From a virus, in IMG/VR virus record IMGVR_UViG_3300023210_000015, positions 32,001 through 96,000 of that record: a stretch of DNA of 64,000 nucleotides; one strand, 5' to 3'. The notes beneath the pieces were generated by a model. That model was not told where the DNA came from. It ran no database searches and worked only from the letters and a program-made list of their open reading frames with translations. The position numbers and the translations under genes are program-made. Of the stretch, positions 20,468 to 30,600 are shown one piece after another (position 1 is the stretch's first letter; each line of letters starts with the position of its first letter).

Positions 20468-20908
20468 ATGAATAGAGTACGCATAACAGTTTATAAGCCA
20501 ATAAAAAACATAGAAGAGAAAAAAGACATTAAACAACCTCTTCTTTGGTATGATACTTTTTATAAGAAAATGCTTAATTTTGATGCGACAGCTTTAGATT
20601 TCGACTATAGACCTGAAAAATATATAGAGTTGAACGACGGATCACGGGTGCCGGAATCAGAAGCCACAGACCAGCAAAAAAAGGAATTTGCCGTACAAGA
20701 GATTTATCTATCGAGGCCAAAACCAAGAATCGAACAAAGAATTATTCGTCGTAAAGAAATTGACAATGATGTTTTGTCTGATGTGACTAGAGATTTTGAT
20801 CCAATAGATGAGACTAAAGAAACAATGGTTTTTAGTATACCAAAAAATGAGGAAGATGATTTGGTTTTCATCCTAGAAAGAAAAAGACTTAATTACGAGA
20901 TAAAATAA
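20468..20908 (+). CDS. Hypothetical protein
   Basis: ORF, translationally coupled. Confidence 0.6.
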   Translation: MNRVRITVYKPIKNIEEKKDIKQPLLWYDTFYKKMLNFDATALDFDYRPEKYIELNDGSRVPESEATDQQKKEFAVQEIYLSRPKPRIEQRIIRRKEIDNDVLSDVTRDFDPIDETKETMVFSIPKNEEDDLVFILERKRLNYEIK

Positions 20909-21324
20909 TGAAAAAGACAACATTATATGTAGAAGTCGCCGACACTCCAACAAAACAAGCGAATGGTTTGATGTTTCGTAAAGAACTAGAACCATATTCT
21001 GGTATGTTGTTCAGATTTGGTAATCCAAAAGTTCTAAGTTTTTGGGGATTAAACACTTATATTCCTCTTGATATCGCTTTTATTTCACCAGAAAATAAGA
21101 TAGTTAAAATTAGTAGAATTAAACCTTTCTCTAAGGATGGTGTATGCAGCGATGTAGATTGCACAATGGCCGTTGAAGCTAATGATGGGTTTTTTGCGTC
21201 TCATGGCATTAAAGTCGGAGATGTAATGAGATTATCTGATGATGATAATTGTGATGCGGTAATTTTTGGTAATGAAAAGGATATTGATGAGCATGAATTT
21301 ACATTGAAAGATATATTTAGCTAA
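20908..21324 (+). CDS. DUF192 family protein
   Basis: VEVADTP..Q..GLMFR..GMLF..FW..NTYIPLDIAFI..AVEAN.G. Confidence 0.88.
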   Translation: MKKTTLYVEVADTPTKQANGLMFRKELEPYSGMLFRFGNPKVLSFWGLNTYIPLDIAFISPENKIVKISRIKPFSKDGVCSDVDCTMAVEANDGFFASHGIKVGDVMRLSDDDNCDAVIFGNEKDIDEHEFTLKDIFS

Positions 21325-21554
21325 TGAAAACAATAAAAACTGCAAGATTTTCATCAAGAAGAGAACGTTTAACGGGTTTGCATGAACAAGCGACTGAAAA
21401 GTTCGAAGATTTATGTAATCGATTGGGGCTAAATAGATTGGATGTTATTGGGGATTTTCGGTTAGGAAAAAAACCTGAAAATGAAGAACTTGCTTTAGCT
21501 ATAGATGATGTCATAAAATTACAAAATTTATTAGATATAGGTGATGAAATATAA
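21324..21554 (+). CDS. Small hypothetical protein (MKTIKTA leader)
   Basis: Coupled ORF. Confidence 0.6.
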   Translation: MKTIKTARFSSRRERLTGLHEQATEKFEDLCNRLGLNRLDVIGDFRLGKKPENEELALAIDDVIKLQNLLDIGDEI

Positions 21555-22194
21555 TTTAATGAAAACATTTTTAGGAAAAAAAGTAGCTCAGACCATGGTT
21601 AGTTGGGACGACCCCGAAGGGGAGCCTGAATCTATGTATCTATTTGACGATTATGGTCGAGCGGTTTACGATAAAGATGGAAGACAGGCAAGGACTGATG
21701 AAGTGCCAGAATTGAAAGGTGGGACTACTCAATTCGGTGGAGATTTGCCCACTTTAACACCTTCTGATGTTATGGATAGCGATTATTTAGTTGACAAAAA
21801 AGAAGGAGAATTGCCTTCTGAAGAGGAAGAAGAGATAACGGAACCTGAAGAGATTCCTGAGTTTGGCTCTCTATTTCAGGCTTTCAGATGGGCTAAACAC
21901 GAACAAAAAGTAATTAGGTTGTACTATGTGACAATTAATGGTGCTTATATCATTCGTGATATAGAACCTCATGGAGACTTTTGGGCGAGAACTACGCTCA
22001 AGAGAATTCTTGTCACTTGGGATGAAACAGTAGGTGACATTAGAGCTTTTAGATTAGAGAATGTGCAAAAATATGAATTCACAGGAAAGCCGTTTGAACC
22101 TAAATTCAATTTTTCACAACGTCAGCATACTTACCGCAAACGAATGAGACGCAGAAAAGAAAGAAGGGAAAAAGCTCAACAAGGACTAATATAA
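21541..22194 (+). CDS. WYL-domain protein lacking an N-terminal HTH
   Basis: VIRLYY..RDIEPH..LVTWDE..DIRAFRLENV..TGKPF; acidic N-terminal half after KKVAQ. Confidence 0.75.
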   Translation: MMKYNLMKTFLGKKVAQTMVSWDDPEGEPESMYLFDDYGRAVYDKDGRQARTDEVPELKGGTTQFGGDLPTLTPSDVMDSDYLVDKKEGELPSEEEEEITEPEEIPEFGSLFQAFRWAKHEQKVIRLYYVTINGAYIIRDIEPHGDFWARTTLKRILVTWDETVGDIRAFRLENVQKYEFTGKPFEPKFNFSQRQHTYRKRMRRRKERREKAQQGLI

Positions 22195-22223
22195 ATATAG
22201 CACAACAATAGGGATAAATAAAT

Positions 22224-23675
22224 ATGGATTCTGCAATTAAAAAATTGGCAAAAATATCTACTCATTTAGATAAAATGGGTCAAGTCAAGGTTGCTGATAA
22301 ACTTGATAAAATTTCAAGAAACATCTTAAATATTAAAACTGCTCAATATGTTGGAGTACAAGGATATTGGATGCGTAATCAGCGATGCTGGGGCAACTGC
22401 TATAGGCAAAAACGTTCCAACGAGCCGAACAAGACAGCTCAAGAAGTCTGGATGTCATGTCATGATGAATATCTTAAATACATTAATGATCCTGAAAGCC
22501 TAAACAAAGAACATAGTTGGAATAAATATGCTGATGAAGACGTTATTATAAAAACAGCCAGTGAAGAGGTTAAGGCAGCTTTAAAGTCTGAAGATGAGCG
22601 TTTCCATAAAGAATTACAAAAAAGAATTGCTCAAGGGGAAGAAATTCCTGTTGCTGTTTTCTCGTTAATTGATGAAAACCTTGATAAATATTCTTCAGCC
22701 ATCATGGATGAAGTTGAAGAAATGTTAAAAGTCGCTAAGGTATTGGATAATCATGGCGGTAAGAAAATTGCAAAAGCTATTACCGATACTGCAAATGAGA
22801 TCATAGAAGCTCAAGGCGGAATACGAAATTGGTTTGGGCGCCAATACCAAAAAGGAAAAGACGCATTAACCTGGAGGGGGGAAAAGGGACAAACAGTTAG
22901 GGCTAGGGGCTTAGTCAACCAAACTTTGAAAATGGTTCAAAAAGCAGTAAAATCTTATACCGGTGGAGATCGTTCTGCTGGTGCAAAACTAAAAAATGAT
23001 TTATTGAAACTTTTACCACAAATGGTAAAAATAGTTCACCCATTGCCTAACGGTGCGGATTTCGTTAATGCTGTTAAGGCGGTTGCCCAATCTTCTGGAA
23101 CTGAAGGTATGAGGGCCGCTTTGAAATCCATGAGAGAAAAAGCTACTAATTTTACGGCTCAGTTAGCAGGATTAGAAGCTAAAGAGAAAGCAGCACCAAG
23201 ATCAAAACCTGGGGCACCAGCGTTTCCAAGAAATAGACCAGCACCGACAGAGGCACCAGCAGGAACAGCGGCACCAGCAGGAACAGCGGCACCAGCAGGA
23301 ACAGCGGCACCAGCAGGAACAGCGGCACCAGCAACAGGAGCAACTACCGTAGATGATCATATCAAGAATCTGATAGCCATACGTACTTATTTCGCAAATA
23401 TGCCGACAGGACTTGGTGGTTTAGAAAAACCGATACAAATGATTATCGAATCATTGAGAGGAAAAAAGAATGCGACACCAGCGAAACCAGTGTCACCAGC
23501 GTCACCAGCGTCACCAGTAGCACCAACAACAGCACCACCAGTGGCAGGTGTGGGTATACCAACTAAATCAGAACCGAAGCCAGCACCGGCAGAAAAACCA
23601 TCAGGTGATTCGATGTACAAAAATCTGAGCAAAGAATTAAAGAATACTCTCAAGAAAATGGGAATAAATATATAA
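22224..23675 (+). CDS. Hypothetical internal head protein with Pro/Ala-rich tail
   Basis: KTAQ/KTAS/EAQ sites; APAGTA repeats. Confidence 0.6.
   Translation: MDSAIKKLAKISTHLDKMGQVKVADKLDKISRNILNIKTAQYVGVQGYWMRNQRCWGNCYRQKRSNEPNKTAQEVWMSCHDEYLKYINDPESLNKEHSWNKYADEDVIIKTASEEVKAALKSEDERFHKELQKRIAQGEEIPVAVFSLIDENLDKYSSAIMDEVEEMLKVAKVLDNHGGKKIAKAITDTANEIIEAQGGIRNWFGRQYQKGKDALTWRGEKGQTVRARGLVNQTLKMVQKAVKSYTGGDRSAGAKLKNDLLKLLPQMVKIVHPLPNGADFVNAVKAVAQSSGTEGMRAALKSMREKATNFTAQLAGLEAKEKAAPRSKPGAPAFPRNRPAPTEAPAGTAAPAGTAAPAGTAAPAGTAAPATGATTVDDHIKNLIAIRTYFANMPTGLGGLEKPIQMIIESLRGKKNATPAKPVSPASPASPVAPTTAPPVAGVGIPTKSEPKPAPAEKPSGDSMYKNLSKELKNTLKKMGINI
23253..23333 (+). repeat. 18-bp tandem repeat x4.5 encoding APAGTA
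   Basis: GCACCAGCAGGAACAGCG units read directly from the sequence. Confidence 0.95.
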
Positions 23676-23751
23676 GGTACATAAAGGATTTTTAGGAAAA
23701 GATAGACAATATAGTAAATTAGTAAAGAAAAATTACTATAAGGAGTTAGAT

Positions 23752-24420
23752 ATGGACGCAAAGTTCTATACAAACAAGATTAAAGTAGCGCAAGACCCAG
23801 ATGGATTCCAGAATTTCGTCAAAAAGATTCTTCATAAAGACGAAGAGGTTGTAAAGACCGCTTCTGCTGAAGAAGTCAAAACTGCCGAACAGGATGAAGC
23901 TGACAGTAGCGGTCAACCAGAAGCTGAAGCAAAATTAGTTAACACCCCTGAAAAGGAAGGTGGCAAAGGTAAGGGAAGCGCCGCTGGCGGCAAATGCTGC
24001 GAAGAAGGCGAAGATAGTGGACAACCTAAAGCCGAAGCCAAGTTAGTTAACCATCCTAAAGTAGAGTGTGAAGGCGAAGAAGAAGTGAAGACTGCTAAAG
24101 CCAAAGATGAGGACGAAGAAGAAGACGAAGATAAAGAAGAGAAGACCGCCGAAGTCAAAGAAGCTGGCGAATTGCCAGAAGCTTTGAAAAAGCATCAGTT
24201 TAAAGCTAAAGGCGATAAAGATGATGATGACGACGACGATGACGACGATGATAAAGATGACGATAAGGATGACGACGAGAAGGAAGACAAAGAGGCTAAA
24301 AGCGTTATTAAGATCGAAAAAGTAGCTAAATTGAATTCGCCTACCCGCGAAATGTTGAAAGAATATTGGCTTAACATCTTCCCTCCTGAATATGTAGAAG
24401 CAATGCTTGCTGAAAAGTAA
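23752..24420 (+). CDS. Highly acidic protein with many K-x-A sites (scaffold/core-like)
   Basis: Own promoter motif and strong RBS AAGGAG; duplicated DSSGQPEAEAKLVN / DSGQPKAEAKLVN; poly-Asp. Confidence 0.65.
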   Translation: MDAKFYTNKIKVAQDPDGFQNFVKKILHKDEEVVKTASAEEVKTAEQDEADSSGQPEAEAKLVNTPEKEGGKGKGSAAGGKCCEEGEDSGQPKAEAKLVNHPKVECEGEEEVKTAKAKDEDEEEDEDKEEKTAEVKEAGELPEALKKHQFKAKGDKDDDDDDDDDDDKDDDKDDDEKEDKEAKSVIKIEKVAKLNSPTREMLKEYWLNIFPPEYVEAMLAEK

Positions 24421-24463
24421 GAACAAATAGTTATACATAGTCAGGTAATTTTGGAGAACAGTT

Positions 24464-25225
24464 ATGCCTATTCTTCCTAGCGGCAAAAAACGAATTATGG
24501 AAGCTCAGTCCTCATTGGGGCTTGGGAACGAATGGGGCACCCAAGAGTTGGGTGCGCCTAGCGATTATCCTATGCCACAAAAGGAAGTGAAACCAGACTT
24601 GGATACGGATTTGGATATAAATCAAGATGATGGAGGAGTTGATATTACTAAAAATGTAAAAGATTCTCCCCCTCAAGTTGAAGAGTATATTTTTAAAGTC
24701 CTTGAAGGTTGGGGTTATCCTCCTCGCCGTATCGAAGAGTTTTCTGATGAATTTATTACTGAGGAAATGTTTCCTGGCGGTGCAAAAGAAGTTACTATTA
24801 CACTGCCTGATCGTCTTTACGGCACTAAGAAAAGATTGCCTGACGGTGAAATATCGAAAATGGTTAATAAGATTCAAGAGCAGTTCGGCCTTGTGCTGAC
24901 AAAAGCTTCGAGAGCGAAAAAGAAAGTCATTATGGACTTTACTGCTTCTGTAGAAAATGAACAACCTGGAGCCGAAGAAGAGGAAGCCATGATGGGCGAT
25001 GATCTCGATGAAATTTTTGGTGGCGATCATAAAGGACCAGGCGGAAAAAAGGTAAGAGAGAAAGAGAATAAAAGAAAAGCCTCAACAATTCAAGAGATCA
25101 TGAAGATGGGGCGAAAAGATTTAGTAGACAAATTGGTGCAGATTGCTGATGATGCTGGTTTTACAAGTAGATTGAATGATAAACGCCATGCAATGCTAGA
25201 TTCTTTATTTCAGGAGAATAAATAA
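24464..25225 (+). CDS. Hypothetical head-region protein
   Basis: ORF with GGAG RBS. Confidence 0.65.
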   Translation: MPILPSGKKRIMEAQSSLGLGNEWGTQELGAPSDYPMPQKEVKPDLDTDLDINQDDGGVDITKNVKDSPPQVEEYIFKVLEGWGYPPRRIEEFSDEFITEEMFPGGAKEVTITLPDRLYGTKKRLPDGEISKMVNKIQEQFGLVLTKASRAKKKVIMDFTASVENEQPGAEEEEAMMGDDLDEIFGGDHKGPGGKKVREKENKRKASTIQEIMKMGRKDLVDKLVQIADDAGFTSRLNDKRHAMLDSLFQENK

Positions 25226-25908
25226 TGATTCAAAAGAATAAAAATTCCGAATCCATTAACTTCTTATTTAATGCTGTTACTGGTGGCGATCAAGAAGAAA
25301 AGATTGCTGAAAACGAAGAGAAACCACCAGTTAAGATAGAAAAGGCAAAGAAACTAGATAACAATGAAGCTGTTGCTTCTAGATTCAGTAATGCTATTTT
25401 GTCTGCTGGTCAAGGGAATATCACCAATATGGGTGGGCCACAGAAACAAATAGGTTCTGAGACGAACAATAGCATTTGGGATTCAGGAATTCTTGAAAAA
25501 CTTGCGGGGACACCAAGTAATAAAGAAAAGACTATCGAATCGAAAGAGGAAATAGAAAATTTGCGTAATTCTATGAAATCTGGAAGAATAGACGAAATGG
25601 TAGAATCTCTAAAAGAAACAGATCAGCGCAAAGACGCTACTGTTACTGGAATGTCAGAGTATACCGAAAGAGATACAAGAGATTATAAGCTTCCTTCCAG
25701 AAATATTAGCATATTTGATACTAAAGAGGAAATGGATTTTCGCAGAGTGCCTGAGAAAACGGCTGGCGAACTGTCTATAGAAGAAGCCGGTATCCCAAAA
25801 GAAAAAGATGAATCTTGGAAAGATATCAAAGGCGCCCCTAGACTGAAAAATACATTAGATACATTATTTGACAATTTAACAAAAGAAGATGATCAAAATC
25901 AGCAATAA
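25225..25908 (+). CDS. Hypothetical head-region protein
   Basis: Coupled ORF. Confidence 0.65.
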   Translation: MIQKNKNSESINFLFNAVTGGDQEEKIAENEEKPPVKIEKAKKLDNNEAVASRFSNAILSAGQGNITNMGGPQKQIGSETNNSIWDSGILEKLAGTPSNKEKTIESKEEIENLRNSMKSGRIDEMVESLKETDQRKDATVTGMSEYTERDTRDYKLPSRNISIFDTKEEMDFRRVPEKTAGELSIEEAGIPKEKDESWKDIKGAPRLKNTLDTLFDNLTKEDDQNQQ

Positions 25909-27133
25909 CTTAGAGCAGATTGAAATCGCTAATGCCGCATTACAAGCGATTCAGCCTGAAAATGTACCGCCTGAATTTGAACAAGCAGGCAATGCAGCAG
26001 TTGCAATCGATTTTCTGCAAAGACAGGTAACAGAATTGCAACAAGTAGAAAATACTATTCAGGCCACATTGACTAATGCTAATGCCGTGTTGATAAATAA
26101 GCAGAATTTAATGAATCAACAACAGGCTGGCCAAACTGCTCCGATTGCACCTGTTATGTCGAAATCGAAAAGATTTAATTTAAAGATTGCTCAAATGGCA
26201 CCGCCTTTGGCCCCGCCGCTTGAACAACAAGAATTAAAAACCGACATGAATGTACCGATGGAACCCACAATGTCTGATATGAATTTGAGGACAGCGAATG
26301 ACTTAAAAAATTGGATTGATAGTTTTGAGGATCGTTCAGAGGCTGAAAGAGAATTGATAGAGTTGGTACCTGACAATCAAAAAGAAATTGTTGTTGATGC
26401 GTTGGAAGAATACTTTGAAAGTGATTTAACCGAAGAACAAAGATTGGAAATCGCAGTAAAATTATGGCCGATACTTCCTGATATTATAAAGGAAGATAAC
26501 CCTGATATACAGGAGAATATTATGGAATTTCCTTATGTGAAAGCTGAAGACATAGAGAAATTGGTGAAAGAAACCGATAGCCAAATTAAAAAAATGGCTT
26601 CTCAAGATGTCAAAACATCGAAAAAATTTAATCTACAAAAAACCGCTCAACAAAAGTCTATGGAAAATGTGATCCTTTTTGGCCCACAACAGACATATGT
26701 TGACCCGTTCCTAAGACAGCCTGCTTCTGATTGGAGTCTTATAGAGCGTAATAAAGGCTTTGGTCTTGTTGTAGACGATGTTTGGAATATCGATTGGGAA
26801 TCTGTTTGGCGCGGTAATATTATGGACAAATATTCTCGTCCTTATAGGGATAAGGATGGCAAATGGGTTGGTGGCTATATTCAAAAGCGTTTTGAAGTAG
26901 ATAAATGGATACCTGAAAAGAATAATATGCAATTATTGCCTGGTCAGCGGAGAAAACCTCGTTTGCCAGAGCAAGGCGTTATAGAAGGCCGTTTAGAAGC
27001 CATGAGAGCGAAGAACGAAAGAGGGTATGAACCTAATTCTACTGGCGAACCTTATGACTGGGATAAAAAAGAACAGTTTGCTCCTATTTCAAAAACTGCT
27101 AGTTTCAACCTAAAAAAAAAACTGAGCGCGTAG
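25889..27133 (+). CDS. Hypothetical head-region protein with three FNL(K/Q)K motifs, ending at an A10 run
   Basis: FNLKIAQ, FNLQKTAQ, KTASFNLKKK. Confidence 0.7.
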   Translation: MIKISNNLEQIEIANAALQAIQPENVPPEFEQAGNAAVAIDFLQRQVTELQQVENTIQATLTNANAVLINKQNLMNQQQAGQTAPIAPVMSKSKRFNLKIAQMAPPLAPPLEQQELKTDMNVPMEPTMSDMNLRTANDLKNWIDSFEDRSEAERELIELVPDNQKEIVVDALEEYFESDLTEEQRLEIAVKLWPILPDIIKEDNPDIQENIMEFPYVKAEDIEKLVKETDSQIKKMASQDVKTSKKFNLQKTAQQKSMENVILFGPQQTYVDPFLRQPASDWSLIERNKGFGLVVDDVWNIDWESVWRGNIMDKYSRPYRDKDGKWVGGYIQKRFEVDKWIPEKNNMQLLPGQRRKPRLPEQGVIEGRLEAMRAKNERGYEPNSTGEPYDWDKKEQFAPISKTASFNLKKKLSA

Positions 27134-27137
27134 CTCA
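27112..27137 (+). promoter_or_regulatory. Candidate -1 frameshift or slippage site
   Basis: A10 run (27112-27121) followed by hairpin TGAGC-GCGTA-GCTCA; the -1 frame is open to 27591. Confidence 0.55.
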
Positions 27138-27591
27138 ATTAGCGCCTTTACAAGACCCTTTTGCTGACAAATCTCGTAGGCCAAAAGGGTCTGAGTATTT
27201 CGAGGGAAAAAAACCAGATGTAAAAGCACAATATATGTGTAGTGCTTGTGACGCTCAAAACCCATCTCCTTCTGACGGTGTAATTCCAACTACATGTTCG
27301 TGTGGAAAATACCCGTGGTCCGAAGTCGCCGTTTTAACAACAGGCAAGAACGCACCTGATCAGCCTGGTTCTGGAAATGGTGGTAATAAGGAGATGTTGA
27401 TTAGACCAATTATGCCGTTAGCTGGCAAAAAGAAAAAGCATGATATTCCACCAGAATATACTGATTGTGGAGTTGAGGAATGTAAAACTGATGAATTTAA
27501 GATGATGAAAAATCCAAAATCCGATAAGAAAAGGGAAGATTTTTGGAAAGATATTTTGAATAGTTCCGATTTTCTTGCTATCGATGGATAA
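27121..27591 (+). CDS. Cys-rich (CxxC..CxC) segment, probably a frameshift extension of the upstream gene
   Basis: Frame open from 27103; 38 sense codons (TERVAQL..) precede the first ATG at 27235, which lacks a well-placed RBS. Confidence 0.55.
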   Translation, partial: TERVAQLAPLQDPFADKSRRPKGSEYFEGKKPDVKAQYMCSACDAQNPSPSDGVIPTTCSCGKYPWSEVAVLTTGKNAPDQPGSGNGGNKEMLIRPIMPLAGKKKKHDIPPEYTDCGVEECKTDEFKMMKNPKSDKKREDFWKDILNSSDFLAIDG

Positions 27592-27604
27592 AGGAAAATA
27601 AAAA

Positions 27605-30600
27605 ATGCCTATAAAATTTTCAATGAATGATAGAAAGCCCCAAAACACAGGGCACTCTACGACTTCTCGTGGATATCATTCTGCCGGTTCGCCATCATCT
27701 GTTGTGGATAATGGTCGTTATGTTAGCGGCATGGTTGCTCAAACACCAATCACACAATCTTTTTCTTCCAAAACTGCACAAACGATGTCAAGCGGTGGTG
27801 GAAGCGCTGCGAATGTTATGTATGGACAACCCATGTTCTTCTCTCCTTTGCATACTCCGCAAAACTGGCAAATCGCCAGTAAAAGACGAGAGATTTATCA
27901 GTGGGCTAGATTCTACTACGAAAATGAACCAAAGATTTCCGCAGGCATAGATTTCTACTCGCAATTCCCTATGAATGGGTTTACTCTTGAATGCAAAGAC
28001 AAAAAGATACTCAACTTCTTCAACAGAACTTCAAAGAGAGTGAAACTAAATTATTGGGTAAAGGCCATAAGCTTTGAAAACTTCCTGTTGGGTGATGTCT
28101 TCCCATTTGTGGAATACGAATGCGAACATTGTGGTGGCTCTGGTTACAAATCCAATGGGGAAGTGTGTAATCACCCTGGCGGAACTATTAAATCGATTAA
28201 GATATTGAACCCTGATTGGATTACAGTTCACAGTTCTCCAATGGCTTCTGACCCTGTATATGTACTAGAACCTGATGATGAACTGAAAAGCATTGTCGCT
28301 TCTAAAAGACCTGTAGAGATTTATGAAAAAATGCCACCAGGACTAATTCAAGCAATTTCTTCTGGTCAGCCAATTCGTTTGTCTAATAGATGTATCAGTC
28401 ATGTAAAGCATCAAGGTAGTACATACGGAACATATGGTACATCGTTGGTCAGAAGAAACTTCACTTACTTGGCATATAAAACCAAATTGATGACAGCCAA
28501 CTGGATTGTAGCAGAAAGACTAGTGTTGCCAGTTAGAGTTGTTAAAATCGGTAGTGAAAATCGTCCAGCCACTCAAGCGGATATCGCAGATGTTTCTAAC
28601 CAAATCGCAGCAGTTGTAAACGATCCGAACCTAACACTTGTAACTCACCACAACTTTGAATACGAGTGGTACGGGGCCTGTTATGATCAAAACACTAAAG
28701 TATTGACAAATAAGGGGTTACAAAAATATACCGACATCATACACGAAGAAGTAGGCATTGATGGAGAAATAGTTAAAAAAATTAATGACGATGTGGACAT
28801 TATGGTTTTTGATCCAAAAACTGGTAAAATGAGACTGGAAAAACCAATTGAATTTCATGAATATGATTATAATGGATGGATGAATCATATTACAGGTAAT
28901 AAAGTAGATATGTGTGTTACACCAAATCATACCATGTTAGGTTATAAACGTGATAAAAAAACCGCTTATTCTATGGAAGCAAAAGATTTTTATAAACTTA
29001 ATGAATGTGATAGGTATGTAAGATGCTGTGGAGATTTTGCGACAGATACTAAAAAAACAATTAAAATAGGTGATTACGAATTCGATACTGATAATTTTTT
29101 GAAATTTTTAGGATATTTTCTTTCTGAGGGGTATACGACCTACAATACAGAAAAATTTCAATATGTTTTATCTGTTTCGCAGAGCAATATCAAAAATGCT
29201 AATATTTGTAAAGAAATTGATGACTGTTTTAATGGTTTGAATATGTCATTCAAAAAATATGATAATAAAAAAGGCATGTATGCATGGAACATTATGTCAA
29301 AAGATTTTGTTAAGGAAATGAAAAAATATTTTGGTAAAAATGCTTATACGAAAAAAATTCCAGACTTTATTAAGAATTTACCACCACGACAACTAAAAAT
29401 ATTAATTGATGCTTTTTGCAAAGGAGATGCCACTTATTACAACTATAAACACGGTACGACTGGCGTTCAAATAGGAACGGTAAGTGAACAATTGTCGGTT
29501 GATTTACTTGAGATATTGTTTAAAGCCGGTTTCAGCCCGATATTAAGCAATTATAAAAAGAAAAATCCTTCAGGTAGCATTTCTCATATGATATACTGTA
29601 ATTTGTCTGAAGAAAGCAAGGGTAGATTTCCAAGAATTAAAGATAAACATTGTCAAACAGAATATTATGATGGAAAAGTGTGGTGTTTTGAAACATCAAC
29701 TGGTTTTTTTGTCACAGAAAGAAATGGAAAATTTGCCATTCAAGGTAATACTGGCAAGATTCATCAAATTACTAATGAGTTAGAACAAATTGGTAAAGAA
29801 ATATTAGATGGCTTCATGCTGAACCAAGCTATCTTAAACGGTGAAATGGGAGGTTACAGTAGTGCCCAAGTCGGTATCGAAGTAATGATACATCGCCTAG
29901 AAAGCTGGCGTAACAGTTTATCTGAGTGGGTTGAAAATAACATCTTCTTACCTATTGCTATGATGCAAGGATTTAAGGATGTTGACGAAAGCAAAGAAGC
30001 TGGCGAAACAGTATGGTTATATCCTAAACTGAAATGGAATGATCTCAATTTGAGAGATCGTACCAGCTATAGACAGGTTCTTATTCAATTGCATGACAAA
30101 GGATTGATTTCTACTCAAACCTTACTTGAAGAATTTGATATTGATTATGATCAGGAAATTCAGAGAAGGAGAGAGGAAACTGCATTGGCTACAGAAAGTG
30201 GTCAGTTCTTAGGCCAGCCTCCTGCCGCTGGCGGTATGGGCGGTATGCCACCTATGGGCGGCGATTTAGGCGGCGGTATGCCACCTATGGGCGGCGATCT
30301 AGGTGGCGGTATGCCTCCTGCGGGCGGTGAAATGGGCGGAATGCCAGGCGGTGAAATGGGCGGAATGCCAGTGGCACCAGCCGGTGGGGCTGTAGCTGCC
30401 GCTGCTCAACCAGTTTCTCCACCACCTAATTTTATGGTGCAAAAACGAGGTAAAGGACAATCTGCTCAAGAGCAAATGCAACCTGTACAGCCGAATATCA
30501 AACCAATGCCATTGACTACGTTAGAACAGTCGATGTTGAAGGCTCTACGCAATATGTCTGATAAGATTCCATATCAATTGTTTGGTCAATATAAGGTAGC

